Shown: positions 27,475 through 37,619, counted from the whole stretch's first letter. The stretch: DNA of 58,924 nt, filler included, from Candidatus Hydrogenedentota bacterium (GCA_040752395.1; 4 parts of 4 records of this genome joined end to end with filler, not necessarily neighbours in it); one strand, 5' to 3'. Numbers and translations are program-made. Notes: generated from the letters alone by a model not told the origin.

Positions 27475-28944
27475 TCAGAGACTTCGATTTTTATCAAAAG
27501 CTGGACCTATGATATAACTTAATAAAAAAGTGATGGCTGTGCCTATAACAATAAGCCAGCTCCAGCCAAGCGGGATTATCTTTTTATCGATCCATACAAG
27601 TAAAATTATCATAATAACTGAGTTGATAACCATAGCTAAAATATTTCCTCTGTTAATTTTTCGTTTACTCAAAAGTCCAAGCAGAAATACGCCAAGCAAA
27701 CTGCTGCCAGTTATAGCGATAATTTTAAAACCAAACCATAGTATCCGGTCAAAACTTTTACAGCTAAAAGCAAGCACAGCTAATAATAGACCGAATACAA
27801 TCACACCAACACGAGAGACCCAGAGATAATGTCTCTCACTCGCATTTTTATTGATTAATGGTCGATAAATATCAGTAACAAAAGACGAGGTCAGTGAGCT
27901 TAATGGCGAATCAATACTTGCCATAATAATCGCAACTAAAACCATTCCTTTTAATCCTACCGGTAAAACATTGATAGTAAAAAAAGATAAAATCTCATCT
28001 GTTTTACTTGGTAAAACAAACTGTGGGTTCTGTGTAAAGTATACAAATAATAGCGTACCAACGAGTATATACATTAAAGTAACTGGAAAACTTGCAATAA
28101 TTGTATATAATAACGCCTTCTGACTTGAACCTCGGGTCTTAACAGTAAGCAATCTCTGCATCAGTTCCTGGTCTGTTCCAAAAGCAGCTAACCCTGTAAA
28201 AAAAGCATTCAGTATTGCGGCAATCAATGTATTTGGGTCAGCAAGATTAAATTTTAGATTCCATAAATCTAATCTGCCGCACTCACCCGCGATACGCCAT
28301 GCCTCAGTAATGCCACCATCTATATTGAAAATCAAATAACCTATTAATATTATGCCTGCAACATAAAAAATAATAGCCTGATAAGCACCATTCCATACAA
28401 CAGCTTTAATCCCGCCAAACGCTATAAAGATTATGCTGACAAGCGTGAAGAGTAGTAGCGTCTGCATCAATGACCAGCCAAGAATAATTGATACGCCAAG
28501 GCAGGCAACATATAGCCGAACACCAGATGCAAGTAATCGCATAATAAAAAAGTAGATTGAACCTGTATATTGTGTTTCAATACCAAATCTGTGTTTAAGA
28601 AATTCATATATTGTTGTGCAATTAAACTTGTAAAAAAACGGGATAAACAAAAATGCAACTACAACCTTTGAAAGCGCTGAACCTATATAGAATTGTAGAT
28701 ACTGCAAATTTTCTCTATAGCCTGTTGCGGGGACTCCTACAATAGTCATTGCGCTGATCTCAGTAGCTACGAATGAGAGACACGCTATCCATTGCGGAAC
28801 CTGTCTGGCACCAAGAAAATAGTCCTCTGTATCTTTTTCTTCTTTACCTGTGAAATAGGCGATAAGTAACAAAATAATAAATGATAATGCAACTAAACAA
28901 TAATCTAAGAAACTAAGTCCTATAAATCTGTCTAAAGATCCCAT
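27475..28944 (-). CDS. Sodium:solute symporter (SSS) family transporter
   Basis: DYFLGAR, SFVATEISA, YEFLKHRFG, GGIKAVVW, GTDQELMQR; many TM helices. Confidence 0.92.
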   Translation of the reverse strand: MGSLDRFIGLSFLDYCLVALSFIILLLIAYFTGKEEKDTEDYFLGARQVPQWIACLSFVATEISAMTIVGVPATGYRENLQYLQFYIGSALSKVVVAFLFIPFFYKFNCTTIYEFLKHRFGIETQYTGSIYFFIMRLLASGVRLYVACLGVSIILGWSLMQTLLLFTLVSIIFIAFGGIKAVVWNGAYQAIIFYVAGIILIGYLIFNIDGGITEAWRIAGECGRLDLWNLKFNLADPNTLIAAILNAFFTGLAAFGTDQELMQRLLTVKTRGSSQKALLYTIIASFPVTLMYILVGTLLFVYFTQNPQFVLPSKTDEILSFFTINVLPVGLKGMVLVAIIMASIDSPLSSLTSSFVTDIYRPLINKNASERHYLWVSRVGVIVFGLLLAVLAFSCKSFDRILWFGFKIIAITGSSLLGVFLLGLLSKRKINRGNILAMVINSVIMIILLVWIDKKIIPLGWSWLIVIGTAITFLLSYIIGPAFDKNRSL

Positions 28945-29034
28945 ATAAAAATTCCTATTTTCTCCTTTTTTATATCTTCGGTGATAAACAAAAAATTCTT
29001 GACCAGAAATTAATAGTATGGTCTTTGTATTTTA

Positions 29035-30210
29035 ATGAAAAAGGTATTAACAGGGCTTGATCGGATCGCTAATGGTGAATATAGAAAAGAACTGAAACAA
29101 TTAAAGATTGGGTTACTTGCTCACCCTGCTTCTGTTAACTCAAATCTCGTCCACTCTTTTGATATCTTCAAGAAACTTTTTGCCAGGAATATTTTTGTAT
29201 TATTCGGACCTCAACACGGCTTCTTTGGTTCAACCCAGGATAATATGATAGAATGTAAGTCAAAAACCATCCAGATAAACTCGATTAGAATACCTTTATA
29301 TAGTCTTTATAGTAAAGAGCGCCAACCCACCTCTTTAATGCTAAAAAATATTGATGCAGTGGTTATTGATTTGCAGGATATTGGAACCCGGGTCTATACG
29401 TTTATTCAGACTTTATACCTTGTGATGAAAGTATGTGCTAAAGAAAAGAAAAAAGTTATTGTTCTTGATAGACCAAATCCTATCTCAGGTAAAGTTGAAG
29501 GTCCACTGCTTGAAAGTAGTTACACCTCGTTTGTTGGTTTCACATCTATACCTCTGCGTCATGGTATGACTATCGGTGAACTCGCCCTGTTTTATAATGA
29601 TATATTCAAATGCGAGTTAATGGTTATAGAGATGGTTGGTTGGAAACGACAAATGTATTTTGAAGATACAGGTTTGCCATGGGTTATGCCGAGTCCGAAC
29701 ATACCAACAATTGATACTGCGCTTGTTTATTCAGGGACAGTAATTTTCGAGGGAACAAATGTTTCTGAGGGCCGTGGGACCACAAGACCTTTTGAAATTA
29801 TAGGTTCGTCAGGTATAAAAAATCCATATCAACTCGCTTACTATTTAAATAACTTACATCTTAAAGGTGTAATATTCAGACCTTTATTTTTTGAACCTAC
29901 ATTTAATAAATACACGGGTAAATTATGTGGCGGCGTACAAATACATATAACAGATATAAAAACTTATGAATCTGTTCTCTGTGGTATCGCACTCCTTCTT
30001 GCATTTAAAAGATATGACAAAAATTTTTCCTGGAGAAAACCACCGTACGAATACGAATATAAAAAATTACCAATCGATATACTTTCAGGTTCTCCTAAAT
30101 TACGCAAAATGGTGGATTCTTTAAAAACTCTTGACGAATTTATTGCCTGGTTTGAGAAAGATATTTCAATTTTTAAAAAGAAGTGTAAAAAATACCAAAT
30201 ATATATGTAA
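29035..30210 (+). CDS. DUF1343 / NamZ (YbbC) exo-beta-N-acetylmuramidase family
   Basis: LFGPQHG, DLQDIGTRVYTF, LDRPNP, RHGMTIGE, PSPNIP, SEGRGTTRPFE; no signal peptide. Confidence 0.92.
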   Translation: MKKVLTGLDRIANGEYRKELKQLKIGLLAHPASVNSNLVHSFDIFKKLFARNIFVLFGPQHGFFGSTQDNMIECKSKTIQINSIRIPLYSLYSKERQPTSLMLKNIDAVVIDLQDIGTRVYTFIQTLYLVMKVCAKEKKKVIVLDRPNPISGKVEGPLLESSYTSFVGFTSIPLRHGMTIGELALFYNDIFKCELMVIEMVGWKRQMYFEDTGLPWVMPSPNIPTIDTALVYSGTVIFEGTNVSEGRGTTRPFEIIGSSGIKNPYQLAYYLNNLHLKGVIFRPLFFEPTFNKYTGKLCGGVQIHITDIKTYESVLCGIALLLAFKRYDKNFSWRKPPYEYEYKKLPIDILSGSPKLRKMVDSLKTLDEFIAWFEKDISIFKKKCKKYQIYM

Positions 30211-30339
30211 CCTCTCATCTGAACAAAGGCGAATACCGGCACTTAAACCCAACTTCAAAATTTTAGGGGCTAAAATTTTGGGCTCTTCTCCAATTTGATA
30301 CAGTAAAATACTAACTAAAACCAGATGCTTGAAATATCT

Positions 30340-30666
30340 TTAAGATGAAGTAATGTTGATCATGGAAACCATAAGCTTTTCTTCGTAAATATTCAGTTCC
30401 ACTTTAGAATCATAAATCTGTTCAATAATTCCGGCTGTATGATAATTATCAATATACGAGTTCTTTGTATTTGTGGTATAATACCATACATACTCCTTTG
30501 TAGTATTATTAAGCACGAAATTTATCAGCTTTATAGAATTTATTTTATATCTCTCATCTTTTGTTTCTTTATAAAGTTTAGATAAAAAAGCAGAAGCCAT
30601 AGAATTGATGTTAATTACCCTTTCCTTAACTTCACCCGGTATATAACCTATACGGTCCTCTGTGAC
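30340..30666 (-). pseudogene. Fragment of an (alpha/alpha)-barrel protein of the type found in polysaccharide loci
   Basis: GYIP...VININSMASAFL...WYY...YIDNYHTAG; bounded by stops on both sides near contig end. Confidence 0.45.
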
Positions 30667-30780
30667 TTAAAATCTCAGACATTTTATTTAATAAATTTTT
30701 ATTATTTGTAGAGGTAAAGCCGAAGATACCACACAATTAATTTGATAATCCAACTTTATAATTTGATTTATGAAGAAAAT

Positions 30781-30880
30781 NNNNNNNNNNNNNNNNNNNN
30801 NNNNNNNNNNNNNNNNNNNNNNNNTTAATTAATTAANNNNNNNNNNNNNNNNNNNNNNNNNNNNNNNNNNNNNNNNNNNN
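30781..30880. other. Artificial contig linker
   Basis: N44-TTAATTAATTAA-N44. Confidence 0.98.
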
Positions 30881-31552
30881 TGGTTTATTATAATAAAGAT
30901 TAGCAGCGGCACAAAAATTACATCTATAAACGCATCCTCGTGAAGCATAAGCTTGTATCTCACGGTACTCGCAATTTGGTTCCCCTTGTAGAGCGTATTT
31001 ATACCTTGATACATCGTTATCCTCAGGCCATGGTAGTTTATTAAAATCTACAAGTTTTGTATTTCTGTTTCCATCAAAACCCGGGATAGTAGCTATGGCT
31101 TTCCCTTTGATAAATTCAAGGATGCTTTCTTCATATTCGCCTGATACAGTATGGTCTATTATTCTCTTTTCAAGCAGGTCTTTATAAAAAAATGTTGCAT
31201 AAGCGCCTGTAAATATGACTATACAATTAGTATCCCTCTTTACATAATTTGCTACTTTTAAATCTTCGGTAATTGTTCTTGCTGAAGGTTCCATTATAAG
31301 GATATCAGGTTTAATGTTCAGTATAACAGAGTAGAGAACCTCAGCATCTAATTTATTAAGACAGCCATCAATAAATCTGACATTATGATTAGTTTCTTTT
31401 TTTAAAAGAGATGATGTATAAGCAAGTTCCCAGGGATAATAAGTAAAGACTTCAGAATAATTTTTCACACCAAACGACCACCTGGATGGACTGTGAACGA
31501 TGTAATACCCATTAGAATCAATACCTATTGAATTAGCAAGGACTATATTCAT
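30881..31552 (-). CDS. B12-binding domain radical SAM protein, 3' truncated
   Basis: PWELAY, TGAYAT, GEYE, SRGCVYRCNFC (CxxxCxxC). Confidence 0.88.
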
Positions 31553-31650
31553 TGGCTTGTTTTTCTCCTTCTGAGTTACCCGGGTTCGCAGAGTCGGATA
31601 AACCCCCTTTTGCCTGGATAAATCCGCTCCTTTGTGAGGGATACATCATT

Positions 31651-33018
31651 TTAAAGATACACACTACTTCTTTCTTCAAACGCACAGCAAACCTGATTTC
31701 TGCCCTGTTTTTTGGCTTTATAGAGCATTTTATCAGCTCGTTCAATAAATAGTTCCATATTCGTTGCATCGTCAGGATAAGTTGCTACACCTATACTGAT
31801 AGTTATTTTTATCTTTTTATTATCGCCTATGTCGAACTCAGTCTCCTCTACCTTTCTCCTTAATCTTTCTGCCACAGCTCTGCCACCAATAGAATCAGTT
31901 TCTGGTAATAATAAAGCGAACTCTTCACCACCATATCTACAGGGGATATCAATATCACGCAAACCATTCTTTATTATAGAACCTATCTTTGAGAGTATTC
32001 TATCGCCTGCGCGATGGCCATATTCATCATTTGCTGGCTTAAAGTGGTCGAGGTCGACCATAAGCAATGTTAATCTGTGACTATATCTCTCAGCTCTATG
32101 CATTTCTATCCTGAGTCTATCAATGAAATATCTTCTCAAATAAAGATAAGTAAGGGTATCTGTAATTGATTGTATATACAGCATAGCATTAGCTAATGAT
32201 ACAGCGACCTGTCTTGATGCTGCTTTAATCAGTCTCTCATCATCTTTTGAAAAAATATATCCTTCTTTTGAAATAACACTCAGATATCCAAACTTTCTGT
32301 CGCCGAGTTCGATTACTTGAATATTAAAATCTTTATTTTCTTCTTCTCGCACAGATGCCCAGAACTCATTCACCCATCTGGCCAGTACAGTAAATTCATC
32401 TTCGGACTCTCTCCTGTATTCCTCAATATCATTAATATTAATATTAAATTCTCCTATCTCCCCTTCTTTTTTTATCTTGCTTAGGACAAGAATGTTTTTT
32501 GTATCCGTGTCTATCGTTATCAACGATACTGAGCCTGGGTCAAGCATTTCATAGAGTCCCGAGACCACTGCTTTTCTTAAGGTGGTAATGTCAAGTGACA
32601 TACCTATATACTCAAGAAATCTATAAAGTTTCAATATCTCAAAATTATCTTTTTCAAGTTTGTTTATCTTTTTTAAAAGACTAAAAATCTCTTTGAAATA
32701 TACCAGATAACCATTAAATTTGTTAATATCCTGTTCATCAAAATGAAATTCATCATTAAAAACAATTCCAAGGCTCATAGTTTCTTCTTCATAGCTCAAA
32801 TCTACCTCAAAATAATTTTTAAAGGTTTTAATATTATCCAATCTTATATCTTTTCTGTTTTGATAATGTATCATCCCATTATAATCATAAACAATCATTT
32901 TGACTGATTTATCCAGTTTAGTAAGAACCATATTTAATATTCTATATAAATCATTGATATCTTTTGTTTTTATAAGAGATTCCTGTGCCACATTCAAAAA
33001 TAACTCAGTGAAAATCAT
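31651..33018 (-). CDS. GAF-like + GGDEF diguanylate cyclase
   Basis: DLDHFK, RDID I-site, RYGGEEF, ISIGVA, ADKMLYKAK. Confidence 0.93.
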   Translation of the reverse strand: MIFTELFLNVAQESLIKTKDINDLYRILNMVLTKLDKSVKMIVYDYNGMIHYQNRKDIRLDNIKTFKNYFEVDLSYEEETMSLGIVFNDEFHFDEQDINKFNGYLVYFKEIFSLLKKINKLEKDNFEILKLYRFLEYIGMSLDITTLRKAVVSGLYEMLDPGSVSLITIDTDTKNILVLSKIKKEGEIGEFNININDIEEYRRESEDEFTVLARWVNEFWASVREEENKDFNIQVIELGDRKFGYLSVISKEGYIFSKDDERLIKAASRQVAVSLANAMLYIQSITDTLTYLYLRRYFIDRLRIEMHRAERYSHRLTLLMVDLDHFKPANDEYGHRAGDRILSKIGSIIKNGLRDIDIPCRYGGEEFALLLPETDSIGGRAVAERLRRKVEETEFDIGDNKKIKITISIGVATYPDDATNMELFIERADKMLYKAKKQGRNQVCCAFEERSSVYL

Positions 33019-33024
33019 TTATTT

Positions 33025-33429
33025 TTACTCTTCAATAGTTTTCGTAGCTATTGATATTCTCCTTATACCGCTCTGTTTAGCTATATCCATTATCTCAACG
33101 ACCAGACCATGCGGAATACTTCTATCAGCCCGTAGTACAAGAGGGATCTCTCTTTTGACGTTAACAATCTCTTTAATCATATCGCCGAGTTCATCGAGGT
33201 TAACAAGATTTGTTTCAAAATAGATATTCCCATTCTTATCAACACTGATATTTATATTATTAGCATCTTTATCAGCCTTTTGATGAGAGCCGGGTAACTC
33301 AAGTTTCATACCGGAAAATTTATCAAAAGTTGTAGCAACTGCAAAAAATATAAGCAGCTGAAATATAACATCAATAAGAGGTGTAATATTAATGCCCAGT
33401 AATTTTGTCTTCTGCCATTTAAACCTCAT
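33025..33429 (-). CDS. exbD: ExbD/TolR family protein
   Basis: INITPLIDVIFQLLIFF, LRAD. Confidence 0.9.
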   Translation of the reverse strand: MRFKWQKTKLLGINITPLIDVIFQLLIFFAVATTFDKFSGMKLELPGSHQKADKDANNINISVDKNGNIYFETNLVNLDELGDMIKEIVNVKREIPLVLRADRSIPHGLVVEIMDIAKQSGIRRISIATKTIEE

Positions 33430-34072
33430 CCTCTCTCTTTTTCCTTAACCTCCTTAAAACAGTAGACGAACATTTTTCCATCTCAAGAACTATTATGGAT
33501 ACCCTGCTCTCAAAATAATTATAAAATACAAGTGACGGTATGCCTATAGCAAGTCCGAATACTGTAGTTATTAAAGCCTCATATATACCACCTGATAATC
33601 TGCTTGGGTCACCAATTCCACCAGCAGCTATCTCAGTATAAACCTTCTGAAGTCCAAGCACAGTGCCAAGTAGTCCAAGAAGCGGTGCGGCAGTAGCTAT
33701 GGTTTCCAGTAAACCTAACCCCCGCTCAAGCGAAGCAACCTCTCTCCTCGCCTGCTCCTCAATATATTCCCGGGATAAATCCGGGGAGGAATCACACTCT
33801 TCTATGGCTACATTTAATATATTTGAGAGACAGCAATGATTATTATTGATAATTTCTTTCAAAATATTTATATCTTCCATACCTCGCATCGTAGAGATAA
33901 ATGTTAATATCTCAGGAGGGAATACTTTTTTTCGTCGTAGAGATATATATTTTTCTATAACAATAGCTAACGCTAATATTGAACATATAAGCAAAGGATA
34001 CATACAGATCCCGCCTAATCTGAACCATTCAAATGTATAATCCATCCATTGAATAAGTACATCACGCATCAA
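33419..34072 (-). CDS. exbB: ExbB/TolQ/MotA proton channel protein
   Basis: APLLGLLGTV, GIYEALITTVFGL. Confidence 0.9.
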   Translation of the reverse strand: MMRDVLIQWMDYTFEWFRLGGICMYPLLICSILALAIVIEKYISLRRKKVFPPEILTFISTMRGMEDINILKEIINNNHCCLSNILNVAIEECDSSPDLSREYIEEQARREVASLERGLGLLETIATAAPLLGLLGTVLGLQKVYTEIAAGGIGDPSRLSGGIYEALITTVFGLAIGIPSLVFYNYFESRVSIIVLEMEKCSSTVLRRLRKKREDEV

Positions 34073-34077
34073 TTAAG

Positions 34078-34222
34078 CCTCCTCTGAAAAACATTGTAAC
34101 TATAATAATATCAAGTAGAAGCAAGAAGCAAGAGGCAAGAAGCAAGATAACGGAANNNNNNNNNNATAACGGAAGAAGTGAGAAGTATCAGGACAGGCTT
34201 TAGATTGCAGGCTACAGGCTCC
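34078..34222 (-). repeat. Modular repeat copy supplying the exbB SD; contains a 10-N scaffold gap
   Basis: Reverse complement matches 8155-8242, including ttgatattattatagttacaatgtttttcagaggagg. Confidence 0.9.
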
Positions 34223-34253
34223 TTCGAAAAAGTTCGAGGTTCGAAATTAGAAG

Positions 34254-36176
34254 TTAACTCAATTTATGAATACTTGCCTCAATAAAAATTCTAAATAAAT
34301 CTTCGTCTATATTACCTGCTTTTACCTCATTCTCCATTATCTGAACAGCTTTCTCAGCAGGTATCGCTTTTTTATATGGTCTATCCCTGGCTGTAAGAGC
34401 ATCAAAGACATCAGCGATAGCCATAATCCTTGATTGTAAGCATAGTTCATCACCTTTTTTACCAGTTGGATAACCTTTACCTGTCAGTTTTTCATGATGG
34501 CCATAAGCAATTTCAGGAACATTCTTTAAATCTTTGGTCCATGGTATCTTTGACAAAAACTCGTAAGTATGAACAACGTGTGATTCTATTTCTTTACGTT
34601 CTTTGTCGCTTAAACTACCCTTTTTAATAGATAGATACGTTGCTTCATCTTCTGTCAAATATGGTTTTGTGCTATTATCAATATCAGTATATTCTTTTGT
34701 TTTTATATCATTAATAATATTAATATTCTCATTGGGTAAAACAGTAGGTTCATTCGCCATCTCAATAATTTTTAGATATACTTCAAGTTGATCGTGCTCC
34801 TTTTTTATAATATCATTAATTTCTTCGCTTATGTAAGTAATTTTATCTGATGGTATTATGTTATTAATGATTTTTTTAATATTTGAAAGTTCAATGGTAC
34901 GTTTTATAAATTTGAATCTTTCTTTAATTAATTCAAATTGCCAGGGGTATAATTTTTTTGCTTTTACCAGGATATCTTCTTTTACTCCGATCTTGCCGAA
35001 GTCATGCAATATCGCAGCATATCTCAATTCTCTTATCTGTTCATCTGTAAAATAAACTTCTTTATATTTTCCTGTTGTAGTTCTATTCACAGCTTCAGCC
35101 AGTGCAACACAATACAAAGCCACACGTTCAGAATGGCCCGAGGTAGTTGGGTCACGTGATTCAATAGCGGTCATAGATGCTTTTATAAAACCCTCAAACA
35201 ACTTCTTTATATTTTCATATAGCAAAGTGTTTTCATAAACTACTGCAGCCTGATTCGTAAGTGATAATAATATTTTCTGGTCATCCCTTGTAAATGGTAA
35301 TATCCACTGTTCAACTTCAGGGAGGTCATTTTTTATAGGAGTGGTATATCCTTCTGAACGTTTATTTATCAATTGAACTACACCTAATATCTCATTATCT
35401 TTGTTTTTCATTGGAACAGTAATCATAGATTTCGAGCGATACCCTGTTATTTTATCGAATTCTTTATTGAACGAAAATCCCGGTGTTTCATCCATTTCAT
35501 AGACATCAGCAATGTTTAAAGGCTCGCCTGTTAATGCCACATAGCCTGATATACTTTTATCACTTACCGGTACAACAAATTCTTTTGATTCGATTTTTAT
35601 AGAATCATTCTGAGTTAATTTTGCTTTTAAGACTTTTTTCCCATCCTCTGATTCTTCTATTAAATATAAAGTACCTGCATCAGCATTAGTAATCTCTCTG
35701 CATTTTTCAAGTATAAGGTATAATAACTTATTTATATCTTTTTCACTTATTAAAGAGATACCTATATTTTGTAATTTATATAATTTCTCTGTTTGTTCTT
35801 TCTGGCCTTTGTCTACCCTTTCTAAGGTAATACTATATTTAAGTTTTTCCATTATCAATTTTATATAACTGCACATAACATCAGGAGAAATATCCAAAGG
35901 CAGACAATACACTTCTTTAAACTCTTTCCAAATTGAGCTTTTATCATCTCCAAGAATAACAACTGGATTATCTTTGATTTTGTTAATCAGGGTAGCTTTA
36001 TCCTCATCAAAATTACCATCACCCCCAAATATAATAATGAATCTATCTTTTGAAATGTCTTTAATCTTCTGGATATGTTTAAAAGTAATATTTTCTTTTT
36101 GAAAAATATTAGTCAGTTCACTTTTTACATTATCAGACAACCTGTACAAATATAAAGTATATAAAGAATAAAACAT
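34254..36176 (-). CDS. GAF + HD-GYP c-di-GMP phosphodiesterase
   Basis: TGYRSKSM GAF motif, ESRDPTTSGHSERV, HDFGK, HHEKLTGKGYP, RPYK; start ATG 36176 preferred. Confidence 0.92.
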   Translation of the reverse strand: MFYSLYTLYLYRLSDNVKSELTNIFQKENITFKHIQKIKDISKDRFIIIFGGDGNFDEDKATLINKIKDNPVVILGDDKSSIWKEFKEVYCLPLDISPDVMCSYIKLIMEKLKYSITLERVDKGQKEQTEKLYKLQNIGISLISEKDINKLLYLILEKCREITNADAGTLYLIEESEDGKKVLKAKLTQNDSIKIESKEFVVPVSDKSISGYVALTGEPLNIADVYEMDETPGFSFNKEFDKITGYRSKSMITVPMKNKDNEILGVVQLINKRSEGYTTPIKNDLPEVEQWILPFTRDDQKILLSLTNQAAVVYENTLLYENIKKLFEGFIKASMTAIESRDPTTSGHSERVALYCVALAEAVNRTTTGKYKEVYFTDEQIRELRYAAILHDFGKIGVKEDILVKAKKLYPWQFELIKERFKFIKRTIELSNIKKIINNIIPSDKITYISEEINDIIKKEHDQLEVYLKIIEMANEPTVLPNENINIINDIKTKEYTDIDNSTKPYLTEDEATYLSIKKGSLSDKERKEIESHVVHTYEFLSKIPWTKDLKNVPEIAYGHHEKLTGKGYPTGKKGDELCLQSRIMAIADVFDALTARDRPYKKAIPAEKAVQIMENEVKAGNIDEDLFRIFIEASIHKLS

Positions 36177-36181
36177 CTCTT

Positions 36182-36313
36182 TTATATCTCTCCCCCGCCA
36201 ACCGGCAATAATATCTTTACACTGTCTCCATTGTAAAGCCTTTCGTCCCATTTTAACTGAACATTGACAAAGGGGCTCTTTAACCCGGCAAACATCTCTA
36301 CTTCTACTCTCAT
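36182..36313 (-). CDS. 43-aa truncated MoaD/ThiS-like (beta-grasp) ORF
   Basis: Manual translation MRVEVEMFAGLKSPFVNVQLKWDERLYNGDSVKILLPVGGGEI; below ORF-track cutoff. Confidence 0.6.
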   Translation of the reverse strand: MRVEVEMFAGLKSPFVNVQLKWDERLYNGDSVKILLPVGGGEI

Positions 36314-36372
36314 AATAAATCTTTACTTATTATAGTTTTATCATTCATTTTTTGGCAACAAAAATTCTACTA

Positions 36373-36398
36373 TAAATTTATAAAACAACTGCCGATTA
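36373..36398 (+). promoter_or_regulatory. Possible sigma28 promoter, near-leaderless, for the serine hydrolase
   Basis: TAAA-N14-GCCGATTA ending 10 nt before ATG 36409; no SD. Confidence 0.4.
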
Positions 36399-36408
36399 AA
36401 ATAATACA

Positions 36409-37440
36409 ATGAGAGGAATTATATTTTATATTCTCCTGGCGAGTGTCCCGATATATTATTCTATTCTATCATTATCCTGTAATAATTCTATTATCGCAGA
36501 TCCATCGAGCCCATTTTCAGAAATCTCAACTATTTCTAAATACGATATTAAAGAAGAAAGTAATACTGCTAATTTAAGACCATTCTCTGTTCCTGAACTC
36601 GATCTCCCATCTTTTCCCGGGACGCAATCAAAAAAAATAGATTGGAATAGCGCTGAGACCAGAATAAAAAAAATAATAACGAAATATAAAAAGGCACGAA
36701 TTGGATTGGTAGTAAAAGACCTCAATACAGGTTATACTATAAAACACAATGCTGATGCCTCTTTTGCATCAGCTTCGCTTGTTAAAATACCCATTGCTAT
36801 AACTCTATTTAACGAAATCGCTAATGGTACCATCCCGCCAAACATAACCCCACTTTATGAAGAGAAACATCGGGCAGGCGGTAGCGGCGTTCTAAGAACA
36901 GAAAAAGCCGGCCAAAAAATTCACCTCCAGGATTTAGTCTATCTTATGCTCGCAAAAAGTGATAATACCGCTACTAATATTCTCACCGACTTTATAGGTA
37001 TGGATAAAATTAATAAAATATGTAAAAAATATGGTTGGAATAATACGAACATTGTACGACAAGTGATGGACCTTAAGGAACGCAAAAATGGGGTTGAAAA
37101 TTGGACCACAGCAAGAGATATGGCTTCTATGCTGGAAGCGCTTTATAATGGTAAGGTTGTCTCGCGAAATACTTCTAATATCATTCTGAGATTTATGTTG
37201 AACCCACCTATAGATGATAGACTCCCTCGTAAACTACCCTCAAGTATCGATGTTATCCATAAAACAGGTCTTATTTATGATAACGCCCACGATGTTGGTA
37301 TTCTCTATTTACCCGGTAATCAACCTGTTATTGTCTCAGCACTGGTTGATAACATCCGCAGTGATTATCGTTATGCAAAATATTTAATAGCTAATATTGC
37401 AAGAATAATATACGAGGAATCAGTACCGAAATCTGTCTAA
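36409..37440 (+). CDS. Class A beta-lactamase-like serine hydrolase (possible lipoprotein)
   Basis: SLVK (SxxK), SDN, KTG; signal-like N-terminus ending LSLSC; no ExxLN omega-loop motif. Confidence 0.85.
   Translation: MRGIIFYILLASVPIYYSILSLSCNNSIIADPSSPFSEISTISKYDIKEESNTANLRPFSVPELDLPSFPGTQSKKIDWNSAETRIKKIITKYKKARIGLVVKDLNTGYTIKHNADASFASASLVKIPIAITLFNEIANGTIPPNITPLYEEKHRAGGSGVLRTEKAGQKIHLQDLVYLMLAKSDNTATNILTDFIGMDKINKICKKYGWNNTNIVRQVMDLKERKNGVENWTTARDMASMLEALYNGKVVSRNTSNIILRFMLNPPIDDRLPRKLPSSIDVIHKTGLIYDNAHDVGILYLPGNQPVIVSALVDNIRSDYRYAKYLIANIARIIYEESVPKSV
37358..37439 (+). repeat. Direct repeat 1a (82 bp, 3' end of serine hydrolase gene)
   Basis: Identical to 38246-38327. Confidence 0.97.
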
Positions 37441-37452
37441 TAAAAAGCTTTA

Positions 37453-37481
37453 TTGACATAAATTAAAATTTTTAGTAGAAT
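37453..37481 (+). promoter_or_regulatory. sigma70 promoter of cassette A
   Basis: TTGACA-17-TAGAAT. Confidence 0.8.
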
Positions 37482-37619
37482 ATTTTTTATAATGAGAAAA
37501 GAATTATCCTTAATTAATTTCAGGAGAAAGTATATCCCAAATGCCAATTCTTATCAGTGCTGGAAACGAAATGGGAGTGAATTCTCCTATCATAACTATT
37601 TTACAGAGGTATTCACAAA

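Noticed and set aside
36177-36251. Track N-terminal extension of the HD-GYP protein (MGRKALQW...)
   Set aside because: Overlaps the MoaD-like ORF in another frame; ATG 36176 just after that stop is the better start
36409-37440. Antibiotic-resistance beta-lactamase call
   Set aside because: Omega-loop ExxLN motif not evident; cannot call a true beta-lactamase
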